64,000 nucleotides of DNA from positions 39,742,001 to 39,806,000 of the forward strand of contig JANJGN010000010.1 in assembly GCA_026770705.1 (NCBI GenBank), written 5' to 3'. Under the pieces are notes generated by a model. That model saw only the letters and a list, made by a program, of their open reading frames with translations, did no database searches and was not told the origin of the DNA. The stretch's first letter is position 1; each line of letters begins with the position of its first letter. Below are positions 13,551-26,573 of this stretch, in pieces. The position numbers and the translations under genes were made by a program. The stretch is from Isurus oxyrinchus (lineage: Eukaryota).

Positions 13551-14319
13551 CTAACAAAAAAAAACAACTTGACAATCTAAACGTTCTCATTTGTTTTCTC
13601 TTATTTTCTTGCTAAGCTACAGGCAGAAGTATATATAGAAGACATGATACTTTGTGTATCTCCACAGGACAGGAGTTTCAGTCGTGCTGTGCTTTTCTTT
13701 TAATCATTTCAGCCAAAGGCGGCCAACGCAGTGCAAATTACATCTAGTGGAAATCGAATTTCTGTGATCTTTTGTGCTTGTTTCGAACATGTTGCACTAG
13801 AAGCCAGCTGGACCCACACAACTGGCAACGCCCCAACATCAACTTAATCCCCACTGCCAGCTCTGTTAATCGGACTCATTTCGAGGAGGCTCTTAAATGA
13901 AGAAGAATGAAAACTCAGCAGGTCCGACAGCAGCTATGGAGAAAGAAACAGTCAATGCCTCAGGTCAGTGATCCCTCGAATCAGTTGGATCTGTTGAGAT
14001 TTTCCAGCATTTTCTGTTTCTATTTCTAGCATCCACAGTGTTTTGATTTTTTTAAAACTAGCCTTTTTTTAGGCACAAGAACACTAATAGTCACATTTTG
14101 AAAGCTTTTGAATATGACTTTCCTGTTAATTTACAAATAAATTGACTACTCTACAGCAATAAAACTAAAAACATACAGAACTATTTGAAGTAATTTTCAG
14201 TTATTTAAAGTTGGGTCATTCACAGGACACTCCTTTAAAAAATCTTTTTTTTTGAAATGCACAGCAGAAAGCTGTATTAAACACACTGCACCAAGTTTCA
14301 TAGTTATATCCTGAAATAC

Positions 14320-15125
14320 AAGCGTGGTGCCTAAGAACTGGAGAATTGCAAATACTACGTCCTTGTTCAAAACAAGGTGCAAGGATAAATCCAGCACTTG
14401 CAGGCTTTTCAGTTTAACCCCAGTGGTGGGGAAGCTTATAGAAATGATGTTCCGAGACAAAATTAATAATCAGTCGGACAAGTGTGGATTAATTAAGGAA
14501 AACCAGCACAGATTTTTTAAAGGCAAATTATGTTTAACTAACTTATTTTAAAGAAGATAACAGAGGATTGATGAAGGCAATGGGGTTGTTGCAGTACATA
14601 TGGATTGCCAAAAGGTGTTTATAAAGTGTCACTTAATTAAGAGAAGTTAAAACTCATGGAATAAATGGGACAGTGGCAGTGTGCTTATGAAATTGGCTAA
14701 GTGACAGGAATCAGAGTTTTTTATTCATTCACGGGATGTGGGCTTCGCTGGCTGGGCCATCATTTATTGCCCATCCCTAATTTCCCTTGAGAAGGTGGTG
14801 GTGAGCTGCCTTCTTGAACCGCTGCAGTCCATGTGGTGTAGATACACCCACAATGTTGTTAGGGAGTTCCAGGATTTTGACCCAGTAGTGAGAGTAGTGG
14901 TGAACGGGTATTACTCAGACTAGAGAGAGGTTTACAGTGAGGCGCCCCAGGGATCAGGTAGGAAAATAGAATTACAAGCCAAAATTGGACCAGCCATGAT
15001 CTTACTAAATGAATCAAGGGGCAAGGGCAAGGACTGGAACAAACTGGATTGCTCTTGTAGAGAGCCAGCATGGACTTGATGAGCTGAATGGCCTCCTTCT
15101 ATACTGTAACCATTTTATAATTCTA
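14320..15125 (+). mobile_element. HER1-like CR1 fragments with a nested minus-strand CR1 3' end (about 14718-14885)
   Basis: VPKNWRIAN..SLTPVVGKL..QHRFFKGKLCLTNL; GAATGGCCTCCTTC tail. Confidence 0.75.
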
Positions 15126-15458
15126 AGTTACAATGTTTAAGTAAATGAAGCAACATTTCTTAAAGCAAAATTTAAAAGAAAACACTCAAACTAGCTGATT
15201 GTTAATGACGGTTTCACATCAGACAGCATATAAATTAGTTTAAGTAGAAACACGCAAAACAATTTTGGGCTGTGATTTGCAGCTAGACATAAACCCCAAG
15301 TTCTTTTCTCTAACACCATGGTGGCAGCACAAAAAAACCACGAGGACTGTTACGGGGGAAACAATAAACAGCCAAAGAAATTGAAAGAACAAGGTCCACA
15401 CAAGTACCAATAGTCATTGTACAATTAAAAAAAAAAGTTTCACCACTATATACATTAC

Positions 15459-15575
15459 CTCCTTTAAGTCTGAACCAATAGAAAAATCCAACAACAACCA
15501 ATAGTGCACATAGCAGCAACGTACAAATTATGCTTGCAACAACTGGTCCTACTGCTGAAGAAGGTTCCTCAAGTT
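15459..15575 (-). CDS. Gene A exon 4, transmembrane
   Basis: tttcAG|AA...GGAG|GTAATG, 117 nt. ELEEPSSAVGPVVASIICTLLLCALLVVVGFFYWFRLKG: one hydrophobic span followed by basic residues. Confidence 0.9.
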
Positions 15576-16539
15576 CTGAAATTTGAAACATAAATACAGA
15601 AGCATTGAGATTACACTAAATTATCACTTGCACCAAATATGTTATGGGGTTGTTCCATTTTTTAAAGTTAGAATTTAAGATACTTAAACATAGACTTTAA
15701 AGAATTTGAAATGACAGACGTGCAGTTAATTACCTCTCTAAACAATAGCATTCCTTTTTCACCAATGAAAAATAAGCTGCAGTTACCAATGACTTGGAGG
15801 GGTGTTTACTCTGTATTTCATGGGTCAGTTCATTTGCTTGTGTATTGGCTACTGAAAAACAGGAGTAATTTGCTGTGTTGCATGGAAATTACAGTAAAGG
15901 TTTTAAAAAGCTAGTTTTAGCTGAAGACTGCAGCAGCAGCAGGGAAATAAGGAACTGTGCTCAACTTAGGCCTGAATTTTCACAATGACTGAGATCCTTT
16001 CTTCCAAATGCAGAAGTCCCACCTCCAAACACAGCACCTTTTGCAGGGGGGAAGAAAAGGGGCAGGTTCCAAATTGCACATCCATGGTTCACAGAGGCAG
16101 CTACTCGTATAATACAGCCTCCAGTGATTGTTAGCCAGAAGTGGGAAACACAAGGTTTGCAGCTTAGGCTCCGACCCACGGAGAGCTAACTGCACCGCCC
16201 CCGAACAACCCCACATCCTGCTCCAATCTCATTCACTTCAGATTTACCAGGGCTCCTTGGTGGTATTTTTATTGAAGCCCATTGTAGGTTATAGCTTATA
16301 CATGATGTTATAAAATGATAACTAAAGCTAAATATAATATATCAATAACGTAGTCTTCATACACAAAATTTATAAATTCACCCTATCAGCAAATTTTGTT
16401 GGATAACTTAAACAAACAGCAATAATTAAGAAAGATATTTACTCACAAATCCAATATGGTTATATTGAATTTTGATGCATCTCTGTCTCAACCCAGGAGA
16501 ATTCTCAAAAAGAGAACTCTGGCCCTTTATGCGGGGGGT

Positions 16540-17040
16540 GGGTGGGGTGGGGGAAACTACCTCCTGAATGCATACCCACTAGGCTGCCATCTTTGATGGA
16601 TCTTACCTGCTGATGGGGCAGGACATACCCAAGTCTGGTGATGGTGGTGTCTGGGACATGATCTGTAAGGTATGATTCCATGATATGACCATGTTAGGTA
16701 GATTCTTGACAGCCTGTGGGGAAGTTTACCCAATTTTGGCACAGGCCCCCAAATGTTAGTAAGGAGGTCTTTGCAGGGCTGACAGGGCTGGGTGTGCCAT
16801 TGTTGTTAACGGTGCCTGGGTCGATGTCAGGCAGTCTATCCAGTTTCATTCCTTTTAGGCTTAGTAGCGATTTGATACAACCAAATGGCTTGCTCAGCCA
16901 TTTCAGAGGGCATTTAAGAGTCAACCACATTACTGTGGGTCTGGAGTCACATGTTGGCCAGACAAGGTAAGGGAGGAAGATTTCCTTCTCTAAAAGGCAT
17001 TAGTGAACAGTGAACCTGACCGGTTTTTACAACAATTGAC
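16540..17040 (-). mobile_element. 5' segment of a CR1-clade LINE (same family as 38870-41545)
   Basis: Shared 5' sequence and endonuclease start NIWGPVPKLGKLPHRL. Confidence 0.65.
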
Positions 17041-17167
17041 AATGCAAGTCCTCGCTTTAGGTTGCCCCACTTAACATTGTTTGTTATTTAGGGCTTTTTT
17101 TTCTGACACGTGTCATCATTTTCAAGTTTCCATCATTTGCACTCTATCACCCGCCACCACCAACGCG

Positions 17168-17198
<31 letters not shown>

Positions 17199-18395
17199 AC
17201 ACAAAACACACCACATGTTGCACTCTGGGCCAGCTGCCACCATGTTCTGATCCCGGAGCCGCCACGATCTTCATCAGCGGCCAAAGCTGCAGCAAGTGAA
17301 CGGGGCACGGGACCCAGGAGGAAGAGCGCAAGGCAGGGGGCCTGACAGAGAGGCTCAGCCAGGTCAGGGACAGTTAGTGCCGCTTGGAGCAGTGCCAAGG
17401 CAGCTTGGGATGGGAAGAGAGCAAGTGAGCTCTCCAGCTAAATCCACAGCCTCCTCCCACCCCACCCCTACTCAATCCATAGTGCAGGACAGGGGCTTTG
17501 CCCCTGTTGACTGTCAGGAAGAGGACCAGGCACTGGCCCAGGTACGGCCTTGGACTGGGAGTTAGCCAGAGTGCAGCTCTAGCCTTGCGGGGGGGGGGGG
17601 GGTCATGGGGTTTAGGCAGAAAAGAGACAGAGGTTGGGAAAGAATGGAGATCAAGAAGACAGAGTGAGAAAGGAAAGGGAGCAAAAAGTTGAACTGAGTT
17701 TCTGTGGATCAGACAATGAAGCAGTGCTACTCAGGGTTTGTCTGGGTGATTTAGTGTCATCTAATTTGAATTTCCACAGTATTTCTCTTATATTCAGTGA
17801 TTTATTTTATTTTGCAAGTTAATCCAGGTAGGAGTGCACCCTGTTTCACATGTACAGTACAGTATTCAACTTTTACTTCGGCTCCTTCAGGCATTTCTTG
17901 CCCAGAAAAACCAAACTCCACCTTTTAATACAGGAATCAATGATTTGCATAAAATTGTTTCACTTAAAGTTGCAATTTTCAGGAATGCAACCACAACTTT
18001 GTGAGGGCTTACTGTTTTTATTGTTCTCAGTATTTTCAAATTAATCCGGTCACCATATCCGCATGGGCACAAGCAGCTTCCACTGTACAGACTGTTTAAA
18101 GGTTCTAAAAACAATGTGCACATAACTCTAATGTGCAGTACCATTAAACAGCTTTTAAACACAGATTACTCCCTCCCATTATGAAATTTAGACTTGTTAT
18201 GTCTGGTTAACTTGGATAACCATTATTGTGTACAATAGTAATTTAATTGTGGAATAATAAGGGATGAATTCCTGATTTAAGTCAGATGCAAATCTCTGTA
18301 GAAATTCAGTGTTAAAAAATAGGATAAACTTTTTAAACTTTTGTGAGCTTTAGTAAAATCACACTAAAAAATCTTTTACAAAGATGAGAACATAC

Positions 18396-18722
18396 CTTGC
18401 ACTGAGAGTTTAGTTTCCTCTGAAAGACTGTCAGGAAGTGACCGGTGAGTCATGACACATCTGTACACATTACCATCATCATCCAATGTTGGTTCAATTC
18501 TTAGTCTACTGGAAACACTGAAGGTTCCATCATTATTGGAAATTAGAGCGCCAGTGCAGATATCATCTTTTAGTTCCCTAGGTTCCTTAGGTTCCTTTGG
18601 TATCTTTTGCCAGATGAGTTTGTGCTGCTGTGGATAAAATCCTGTAACATTACAACTCACTGACCCCTCAGATCCAAGCAAAATAGTGATCTCCTTTGTG
18701 GACAAATGGACCACTGGTTGAG
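18396..18722 (-). CDS. Gene A exon 3, IgC1 domain (ectodomain)
   Basis: gcAG|CT...CAAG|GTATGT, 327 nt. C1 motifs SCNVTGFYP, W, ICTGALISNNDGTFSVSS, YRCVMTHRSL; resembles the B7-H6 C1 domain. Confidence 0.93.
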
Positions 18723-19109
18723 CTGCATTAAAGATAAATGTAAAAATAGGTCAGACTGACATAAGGCACATTACCAAATATATATAAAGGCAGCCCTACG
18801 TTAATCTGTACAAACAATGACTGAAAACAACACTTTCCTTCCTTCAGCAATTTCATTCATTTAATCATCTACTTGGTTTCTTCAAGAGAGTGCACAATTA
18901 TATCTGGAATAAATTAAGTAACTGCTCCAATGCCTCAAATTCAGACTAAAACACTCCAGATTTCTCCAACCAATACACATGAGGGGAAATGGGTGAAAAG
19001 ATAAGTACAAAGTGGAGGAGATGAAGATCAGGAAGAGGAAGAAGACAAAGAGGAGGACAACATCTTTACATAACTTCTAAAGTATGAAAAGGAAATGAAA
19101 GAAAAAAGA

Positions 19110-19545
19110 CATGCATCAAAGTATCACCTTTAACAACCACAGAACATCCCAAAGCTTTTTACAACAAATGAAGTACTTCTGAAGTGTAACTGTTGTAATG
19201 CAGGAATCACGACAGCCAATTTGCACACAGCAAGCTCCCACAAACAATGTGGTAATGACCAGGATGATCTGTTTTTGTAATGTTAATCGAAGGATAAACA
19301 GTGGCTAGGAAACCAAAGGCAACTCTCCTAATCTTCCTGGAGATAGTGCTGTCCATCAGAGATAGACAGGACCTTGGTTTAATGTCAAATCAAGAGACCA
19401 CACCTCTGACAGTGCAGGATCCCTCAGTTTTGCACATTGCAGTGTCAGGTTTTGATTCTTTTGGCTCAAGTTCTAGAGTGGGACTTGAATCCACAAGTTT
19501 CTGACTGAGAGGCAAAAGTACAACCAAATGAGCCAGAGCTGACAC
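19110..19545 (-). mobile_element. Deu-domain SINE (SacSINE1/AmnSINE-like) with tRNA head
   Basis: Deu core GGGAGCTTGCTGTGTGCAAATTGGCTG and B-box-like GGATTCAAGTCC on the minus strand. Confidence 0.7.
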
Positions 19546-19759
19546 AAAAGTTGTTTTGGAAGGAAGTACTTAGGTTACTGAGAGAAAGGTGGGATGGGGG
19601 AGTACAGGGTACTTCAGCGGCCACAGCCAGAAGAATGGTGTATTCTGGATGGGGTTTGTAAGCCTGGAGGAGATTACAGAGATATGGAAGGCGAAGGCCA
19701 TAAAGGGGTTAAACCACTATTTATGCCACAGTGTTTTTTTTTAAATATAAAAATATAAC

Positions 19760-20565
19760 AACATAAGAAATAGCAGCAGGAGTAGACCATATGGCCTGTT
19801 GAGCCCAATCCGTCATCCAATGACTGATTTCCCACTTCAGCTCCACTAACCTCTCCTTGTATCCTTTAGTTCCCTGAGACGCCAAAAATCTGTGTACCTC
19901 ATCCTTAACTAAATTAACTCCAAAGATTCACAACCCTTTGAAGAAATTTCTCCTCATCTTTGCCCTAAATGATCAGCCCTTTGTCCCAAGACTGTGTTCT
20001 AGACTCTCCAGCCAGGGGAAAAAACTTTACAGGAACTATCCCATCAATCCCTTCATAATCTTGGAGGTTTCAATCAAATCACCTCTGAATTCTTCCATTC
20101 TTCCAGAGAATACAGACCCAATTTACTCAGCGTCTCATCATTGGTCCCTGTGATGAGAGGGTTGTCCTATATAATGAACCCTCAGTGTACTGCCTCCAAT
20201 GAAAGTATATCCTTTCTTAAGTATGGGGAACAAAAGTGCACACAATATTAAACAATGCAATTATGGTAAGACTTGTTTATTCATGTACTCTAATCCCCGT
20301 ACAATTAAGGCTAAAATACCTTTTGTTTTCCTCATTGCTTGTTGTACCTGCATGCTAACTTTTAGAGTTACTTGTACGAGTATACTCAAGTCTCTCTGAA
20401 CATCAACATTCATAAGTTTCATGCCTTTTAAAAAGCATGCATTCCCAACTGGATTTGTAAAAACAGCAAACTTAGACTGATCACTCTCCGATTCTTTGTC
20501 TAAGTCTTTAACATCAATTGTAAATAGCTGAGGCCCCAGCACTGATCCTTACGGTACTCCACATT
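19760..20565 (-). mobile_element. HER1-like CR1 3' fragment
   Basis: LGPQLFTI..SKFA..QRDLSILV..VQQA. Confidence 0.75.
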
Positions 20566-20694
20566 GAAATTTCCCAAATCGTGGACACGAAGTAGACAAT
20601 ATTTTCATGCCATTGAATTTGGTGAGAATTGCTGCAGAAATTGGGCATCAGTAGACAGATTTTTCAGTGCTATGCAAATAATACACAATCAGAG

Positions 20695-21345
20695 CAGCAT
20701 TTTCCCCCGTCCAGGGGGTGGGGGGGGGGGGGGGGAGGAGATGGCGCAGGCGGATGGATTTTGCTGCCATTTTACGTGGGCATGATGTCTGCTTGTAAGC
20801 GCTGAGCGCTCAGGGGGATTCCTTGAGCCGGGAGTGCGCTCTTTCACGCATGTGCATGAAAAAGCACACAGATCTCCCCTAGGCAAAGTGCTGCCTCGGA
20901 GCACGGCTCAAATTTGAAAACTTTATTAAAAAGAGAAAAAAAAAAATTCCTGAAATGTACCCTCATGTGACACTGTCATACGAGCAGGGACATGTCAATC
21001 ACTTTTATTTTTAAATTTTATACACATTTTAAACCCCTCATGAAACCTCATCCCGCCTGCGAATGAGGTTTCATGTTTTTTCTGAAGCCCGCCTGGGCTC
21101 TTCGCCTGCCCACCAACCTAAAGGTTGGACGGGCAGTATCATTAATTGGGTTAATTAGTTGTTAAAGCCTTAAGTGGACGTTGACAGTTCGGTGGACGCA
21201 CAGCCGACTCCGGTGCGCGCCCGCTGAACTAAAGATCGGAATGATGCGCAGTGATGTTGGGATGCACACCCGATGTCCCCCTGTGTCATTTTACGCTCAG
21301 CGAGTGGGTCCTGTTCCCAATCACCATCCGGAAAATGCAGCCCTT
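20695..21345. mobile_element. Non-autonomous Harbinger-type MITE (related copy at 41545-42140)
   Basis: CAGCATTTTCC...GGAAAATGCAGCCC termini; internal sequence shared in inverted orientation with 41545-42140. Confidence 0.55.
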
Positions 21346-22086
21346 AGTGATAGTGATGATAAAGAAAGCCCTCAGATTCCCATTAGTATATCCCGCAAAT
21401 TAATATTAATTTCTTGTGCAACTTTTTTAAATGATGTTTTATAATGATAATCTTGGAATTGTTTATAACTTGTATTTGTCCCCACTTGTTATATCGGCTT
21501 CATTTTTTCAATATAGGGAGTATTCTCATTGCTGATTTTAGGTCACCAGTTCCTTCATGGCTGTGTGGGGACATTTCTTGTGCAGCTTACTACTTTTGTG
21601 TTTTGATCAGTTAAGGTTGTCGGAGCACTCTGATAAAATTTTTGAACATTTTTTGTACTCATCACAGTTCGGCATCAGAAGGTTTTTCAATTGTTTTAAT
21701 CAACTGTCAGCAAACAAATACATGTAAATTGTGTTGTTACCAATTAAAACTCTTCTACTCTGCCCCAACATTGAACCTTACCTTTAACCTACTGCACCGT
21801 TCTAAGTTTCCAATTTCCCACACTGCCTTCTTGCTGACCTTAGGGGTAAAATTGCTCATTCCACACCAAAATTAAGACTGTTCAAATTCATTTCATAAAC
21901 ACTGCTAGGAGATGGATTAGAATATCATTCCGTCAATATGGATTGCATTAAGAGCCTGGCTTCATAGGAGAAAAGGTAGTGTGCCAATCCAAGGAACCAT
22001 TGATTCTATTTGGAGCATGTTTATTTTACAGCTCTAATTTAGCATTTTACCCAACACAACAAAAGATAACATTTCGGTACTCTTAC

Positions 22087-22425
22087 CTGACACCCGCAGT
22101 TCTGAACTCTTTTTTACCTTTTCAGGTGTGACAAATACAATACATGTGTATCTCCCTTCTTCATCTAGCTGTATATTTGGAAGATGAAGTGAAGCATCTC
22201 CTTTCTGTAACTGCAACTGAGAAATTCTTGCTCCTTGTCTCTTTGGAGAAAATTTATGTCCATCAAACTCACAGATCATTTCATTTTTGGCCCCAATCCA
22301 CTGGACACCTACATTTGTTAAGCTGAGGTTTACTGTGCTATAGCCACTAAATTTACATTCCAGAGAAACATCATCATTCACTAAGACATCCTTTGGGCTC
22401 GCAAATATGGTCATGTCCAAAGTTT
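22087..22425 (-). CDS. Gene A exon 2, IgV domain, B7-H6-like
   Basis: tttAG|AA...TCAG|GTAAGA, 339 nt. VSLECK..VGVQW..GARISQLQLQKGDASLHLPNIQLDEEGRYTCIVFVTPEK closely resembles the human B7-H6 V domain as I recall it ([39 protein letters not shown]). Confidence 0.93.
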
Positions 22426-22589
22426 CTAAATAAAAAGAACATTAAATATTAGTATCATTACTCAATTGTCAAAACTATAAAAAAGATTCAAAATATATGA
22501 TTTAAAGTGGCACAGTAGCACTTCAGAGACTCATCATCAAAGCGCTGCCATGGAACGAATAGGTGCAAGTCACATCTATAATTCCCTAA

Positions 22590-25500
22590 TGTGTTTCCTT
22601 TTTTAATGCTGTAATGGGATATGGACATGCATCGCAAGGCCAGCATTTGCTGCCCACCCCAATTTCCCTTGAGAAAGTAGTGGTGAGCCACCTTCTTGAA
22701 TTGCTGCAATCTACCTGATGTAGGTGCACCCACAGTGCTGTTAGGTAGCGAAGGAATGGTGATATAGTTCCAAGTCAGGATGGTGTGTGGCTTGGAGGGG
22801 AATTTAGGGATGGTGGTGCTCCTCCTTGTCCTTCTAGCTGGTAGAGGTTGTGGGTTTGGAAGGTGCCGTCAAAGGTGCCGTTTGGAAGCTTGGCACGTTG
22901 TTGCAGTGCAAGTTGCAGATGGTATACACTGCTGCAACTGCGCTTAGGTGGCAGAGGGAATGAATGTATAAATTTCTGGATGGGTACCAATCAAACAGAT
23001 TGCTTTGTCCTGAATGGTGTTGAGCTTCCTGAATGTTGGAGTCATAGTCATTTAGGCAAGTGGAGAGCATTCTACCACGCTTGTGACTTGTGCTTTGTAG
23101 ATGGAGGGCAGGCTATTGGGATCATATGATTGTAAGAAATAGGAGCAGGAGTAGGCCATTCAGCCCATCATGCCTACTCTGCCATTCAATTAGATCATGG
23201 CTAATTATCTACCTCAACCACTTTCCCACACTATCTCCATAGCCATTTATGTCGTCAGTTACCAGAAATCTATTGATTTCTGTCTTCAACATACGTTGTG
23301 GGGTAGAGAATTCCAAAGATTCACTAGCCTCGAGTGAAGAAATCCCTCCTCATCTCAGTCTTAAAAGGCCTGACTCTTATTCTGAGACAATGTCCCCTGG
23401 TTCTAACTCACCAGTCAGGGGAAACATGCTACCTACATCCATCCTGTCTTTCCCTGTAAGAATTCTGTAAGTTTCAATGAAATCACCTCTAATTCATCAA
23501 AACTCTTGAGAATACAGGTCCAGTTTTGCCTTTATGTTTTTCGTTAGTTTGCATTCATATTCATTTTTCCCTTTATCAGTTTCTTGGTCATCCTTCCCTC
23601 GATTCTAAACTGTTCCCAATCCTTGGTCCTATCACTTTTTTCTGGCAACTTTATAAGCCGCTTCCTTTGATCTAATGTAATCTTTAAACTTCTTTTGTTA
23701 GCCACAGTTGATTCATCTTTCTGTTGGGGATTTTTGTGCCTTAGAGGAACGTAGATCTGTTGTAGACCACGTAATACTTTTTAAATACTAGCCATTGTCT
23801 GTTGACCACTAAATCTTTTAGTTTGTTTTCCCAATCCACTATGGCCAACTTGCCCCTCATACCTTCAAAATTTCCTTTGTTCCGATTTAAGGCCCTAGTT
23901 TCAGAATGAACAATATCACATTCAAATTTAATGTGAAATTCGATCATATTACAGTCACTATTTTCCAAAGGCTCCTTCACAGCAAGGTTATTAATTAGCC
24001 CTTTCTCATTACATAATAATACTAAATCCCTAGTTAGTTCTTCAAAGTACTGCTCCAGAAACCAGTTCGCTCCAGGAATTTATCCTCCACAGCATTAGTA
24101 GTGATTAGGTTTTTACCCAGTCTTTTTGTAAATTGAAGTAGCCCATTATTACTGTATTACCCATGTTACATGCATCTCTAATTTCTTGACTGATACCTTG
24201 CCCAACATTACCACTACTTTTAAGTGGCCTATAAACAACTCCCACCAATGTTTAGATAAAAGCCAAATACTGTGGATGCTGGAAAGCTGAAACCAAAACA
24301 AAAATTGCTGGAAAAGCTCAGCAGGTTTGACAGCATCTGTGGAGAGGAAGACAGAGTTAACGTTTCAAGCCCGCATGACTCTTCATCAGAAGAGTCCTAC
24401 AGTTCTGATGAAGAGTCACACGGACTCGAAACATTAACTCCGTCTTCCTCTCCACAGATGCTGTCAGACCTGTTGACCTTTTCCAGCATTTTTTTCGTCC
24501 CATCAATGTTTGCTGTCCTTCGCTGTTTTTACATCTTGATACTTCTATCCAAGATAATCTCTCACTAATGTACTGATCTCTTCCACCTCTTTTTCTTTTT
24601 GCCAATCCTCCCTAAAAGACGAATAGCCTTGGACATTCAGTTCCCAATTCTGATTACCCTGTAGCCACAACTCTAATGGCAATTAAATCATACCCATTTA
24701 TCTCAATTTGTGCCTTTAAATCAAGTGTTGCGAATACCGCAAGCCTTCAGAAAGCGTGCCTTGAATTCTGACTTTTTAACAATATTCTGCATTCTGATCC
24801 TATTTGAATCTTGCCTTTGCTTCGTCTGTCTCCTAATTTTGCTTACTACTTTTCCACTTCCTATTAGCAGTTTTGCTTCCCTGCAATCTGAGCTCCCTTT
24901 CAGGTTCCCACTCCCCTGCTCATCTCATCTAAACCCTCCCCAACAATAGCAAATATCCCTGTGAGGGTATTAGTCCCAGTCCTGTGAAATTGCAACCCAT
25001 CCATCTTGAACAGGTACCACCTGCCCCAGAACCGATCCCAATGCCTCAGAAATCTGATGCCATCCTCCTACACCATGTGTTTAATCGCACAAATCTGTTA
25101 GCAGGTAGGGCTGGGGGTAACCCTGAGGTTACTGCTTTTGATTTCTTGCTTTTGGACCACTGAGCCTGCTCTGCCATTCAATAAGTTCAATAAGATCACA
25201 GCCGATCTGAGAATGGCATTAAGTCCGTGCTTTCCACTGGGACCCCATTTTGAGGCTTCGAGATTGCCATGAGTCCTCAGTGGGAGTTGTAAGAAGAGGT
25301 GACAGAGGTTTTAATCTTCACATGTCTTTAAGAACTTACCTTTTCAGTTCTTGTTTTTGGAGCAGTGATCAGGTCTCAATCATCAGCCACTGAGGCCGCA
25401 TCCATCATTTAAAAAAAAAAGGGGATTTAAAGGAGGCCTGTTGAGATTCATCTGACGCTCCACAGCAGCACTTATGACCCTAGAATTTCCTCCCAGTTGG

Positions 25501-26240
25501 GAAGATCTACCTTAACTCCACTTTCCTTCCTGACCCTCTTAACCCTTACACAATCTGTCTAGCTCAGCCATGGATATATTCAACTCAGCCTCCACTGCCC
25601 TCCAGGCAGCAAATTCCAAAATGGGAGACCAGAAATAAGTTATTTGCCAACAAATTCCCAGCCTCTAACCTCCTTTGGGAAGTCAGAGTATTTTTATGGC
25701 TGGACCAGTTCAGTTTCTGGTCAATGGCAATCATCAGGATGTTGATAGTGGGGGATTCAATGATGGTAATACCATTGAACGTCATGGGGAGATGGTTAGA
25801 CTCTGTCTTGTTGGAGATGGTCATAGCCTGGCACTTATATGGCATGAATGTTACTTGTCACTTATCAGCTCAAGCCTGTATGTTGTCCAGGTCTTGCTGC
25901 TTATGGACACGGGCTGCTGCTGTATCTGAGGAATCATTAATGGTACTAAATACTGTGCAATCATCAGCAAGCATTCCCGCTTCTGATGGATGGAAGGTCA
26001 TTAATGAAGCAACTGAAGATGGTACATCCTAGGATATTAACCTGAGGAACTCCTGTCACGATGTCCTGGGGTTGAGAGGATTGGCCTCCAACAACCAAAT
26101 AGATTTCCTTTGTGCTTTATATGACTCCAACCAGTGGAAAGTTTTCCCCCTGATTTCCAGTGACTCCAGTTTTGTTAGGGCTCGTTGACACCACACTCAG
26201 TTGATGTCAAGGGCAGTCACTCTCGCCTCACCTCAAGTTC
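22590..26240 (-). mobile_element. Cluster of CR1 LINE fragments (two families) in intron 1 of gene A
   Basis: KEPLENSDCNMIEF..KGNFEGMR; CQAMTISNK..FNGITI; family-typical 3' tails. Confidence 0.75.
24254..24497. mobile_element. Palindromic Penelope-derived mini-element with two back-to-back hammerhead motifs
   Basis: Inverted arms; TSD TCCCAYCAATGTTT at 24240-24253 and 24498-24511; CTGATGA-stem-GAAAC on both strands. Confidence 0.75.
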
Positions 26241-26362
26241 AAGGGGAGCGGGAGCAGGAGAGGGGATGTCAATTTATTCTGAAACAGGAAACCAGATGCC
26301 AAGGGGAGGGGGAGCAGGAGAGGGGATGTCAATTTATTCTGAAACAGGAAACCAGATGCCAA
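26240..26362 (+). repeat. 60-bp tandem duplication (2 copies)
   Basis: CAAGGGGAG.GGGAGCAGGAGAGGGGATGTCAATTTATTCTGAAACAGGAAACCAGATGC twice, nearly identical. Confidence 0.9.
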
Positions 26363-26573
26363 TCTTTTACTTAATACTAGATTTATTCACTAAATACAAC
26401 ATAACAAGTGTCTGCCTCCATCTTACCCAACGCCCAGTGTCCCAGAAGACTCACTTTATACAGTTTAAAAGAAACCAATGAGAATGAAACAAATAAATAA
26501 AACAAATGATCAACACCTTAAAGTCTTCATTATTTCAGCAGAACCTATAAAACTTTAACAGAAAATTGTCAAA

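Noticed and set aside
15310-15458. ORF extension past the TM exon as a conventional cytoplasmic tail
   Set aside because: A good GTAATG donor gives a 117-nt exon matching paralog B; the extension looks intronic and is not conserved in B.
15459-22425. Calling the V-C1-TM unit tapasin/TAPBPL, SIRP, or an Ig/TCR gene
   Set aside because: No tapasin N-terminal domain, TM lysine or KKxx tail; the V is a single spliced exon with no RSS or J segment noticed; motifs match B7-H6 best. The gene symbol is left blank because orthology is unproven.
26240-26362. CRISPR-like or coding repeat
   Set aside because: A simple two-copy duplication with no spacers, in a eukaryotic intron.
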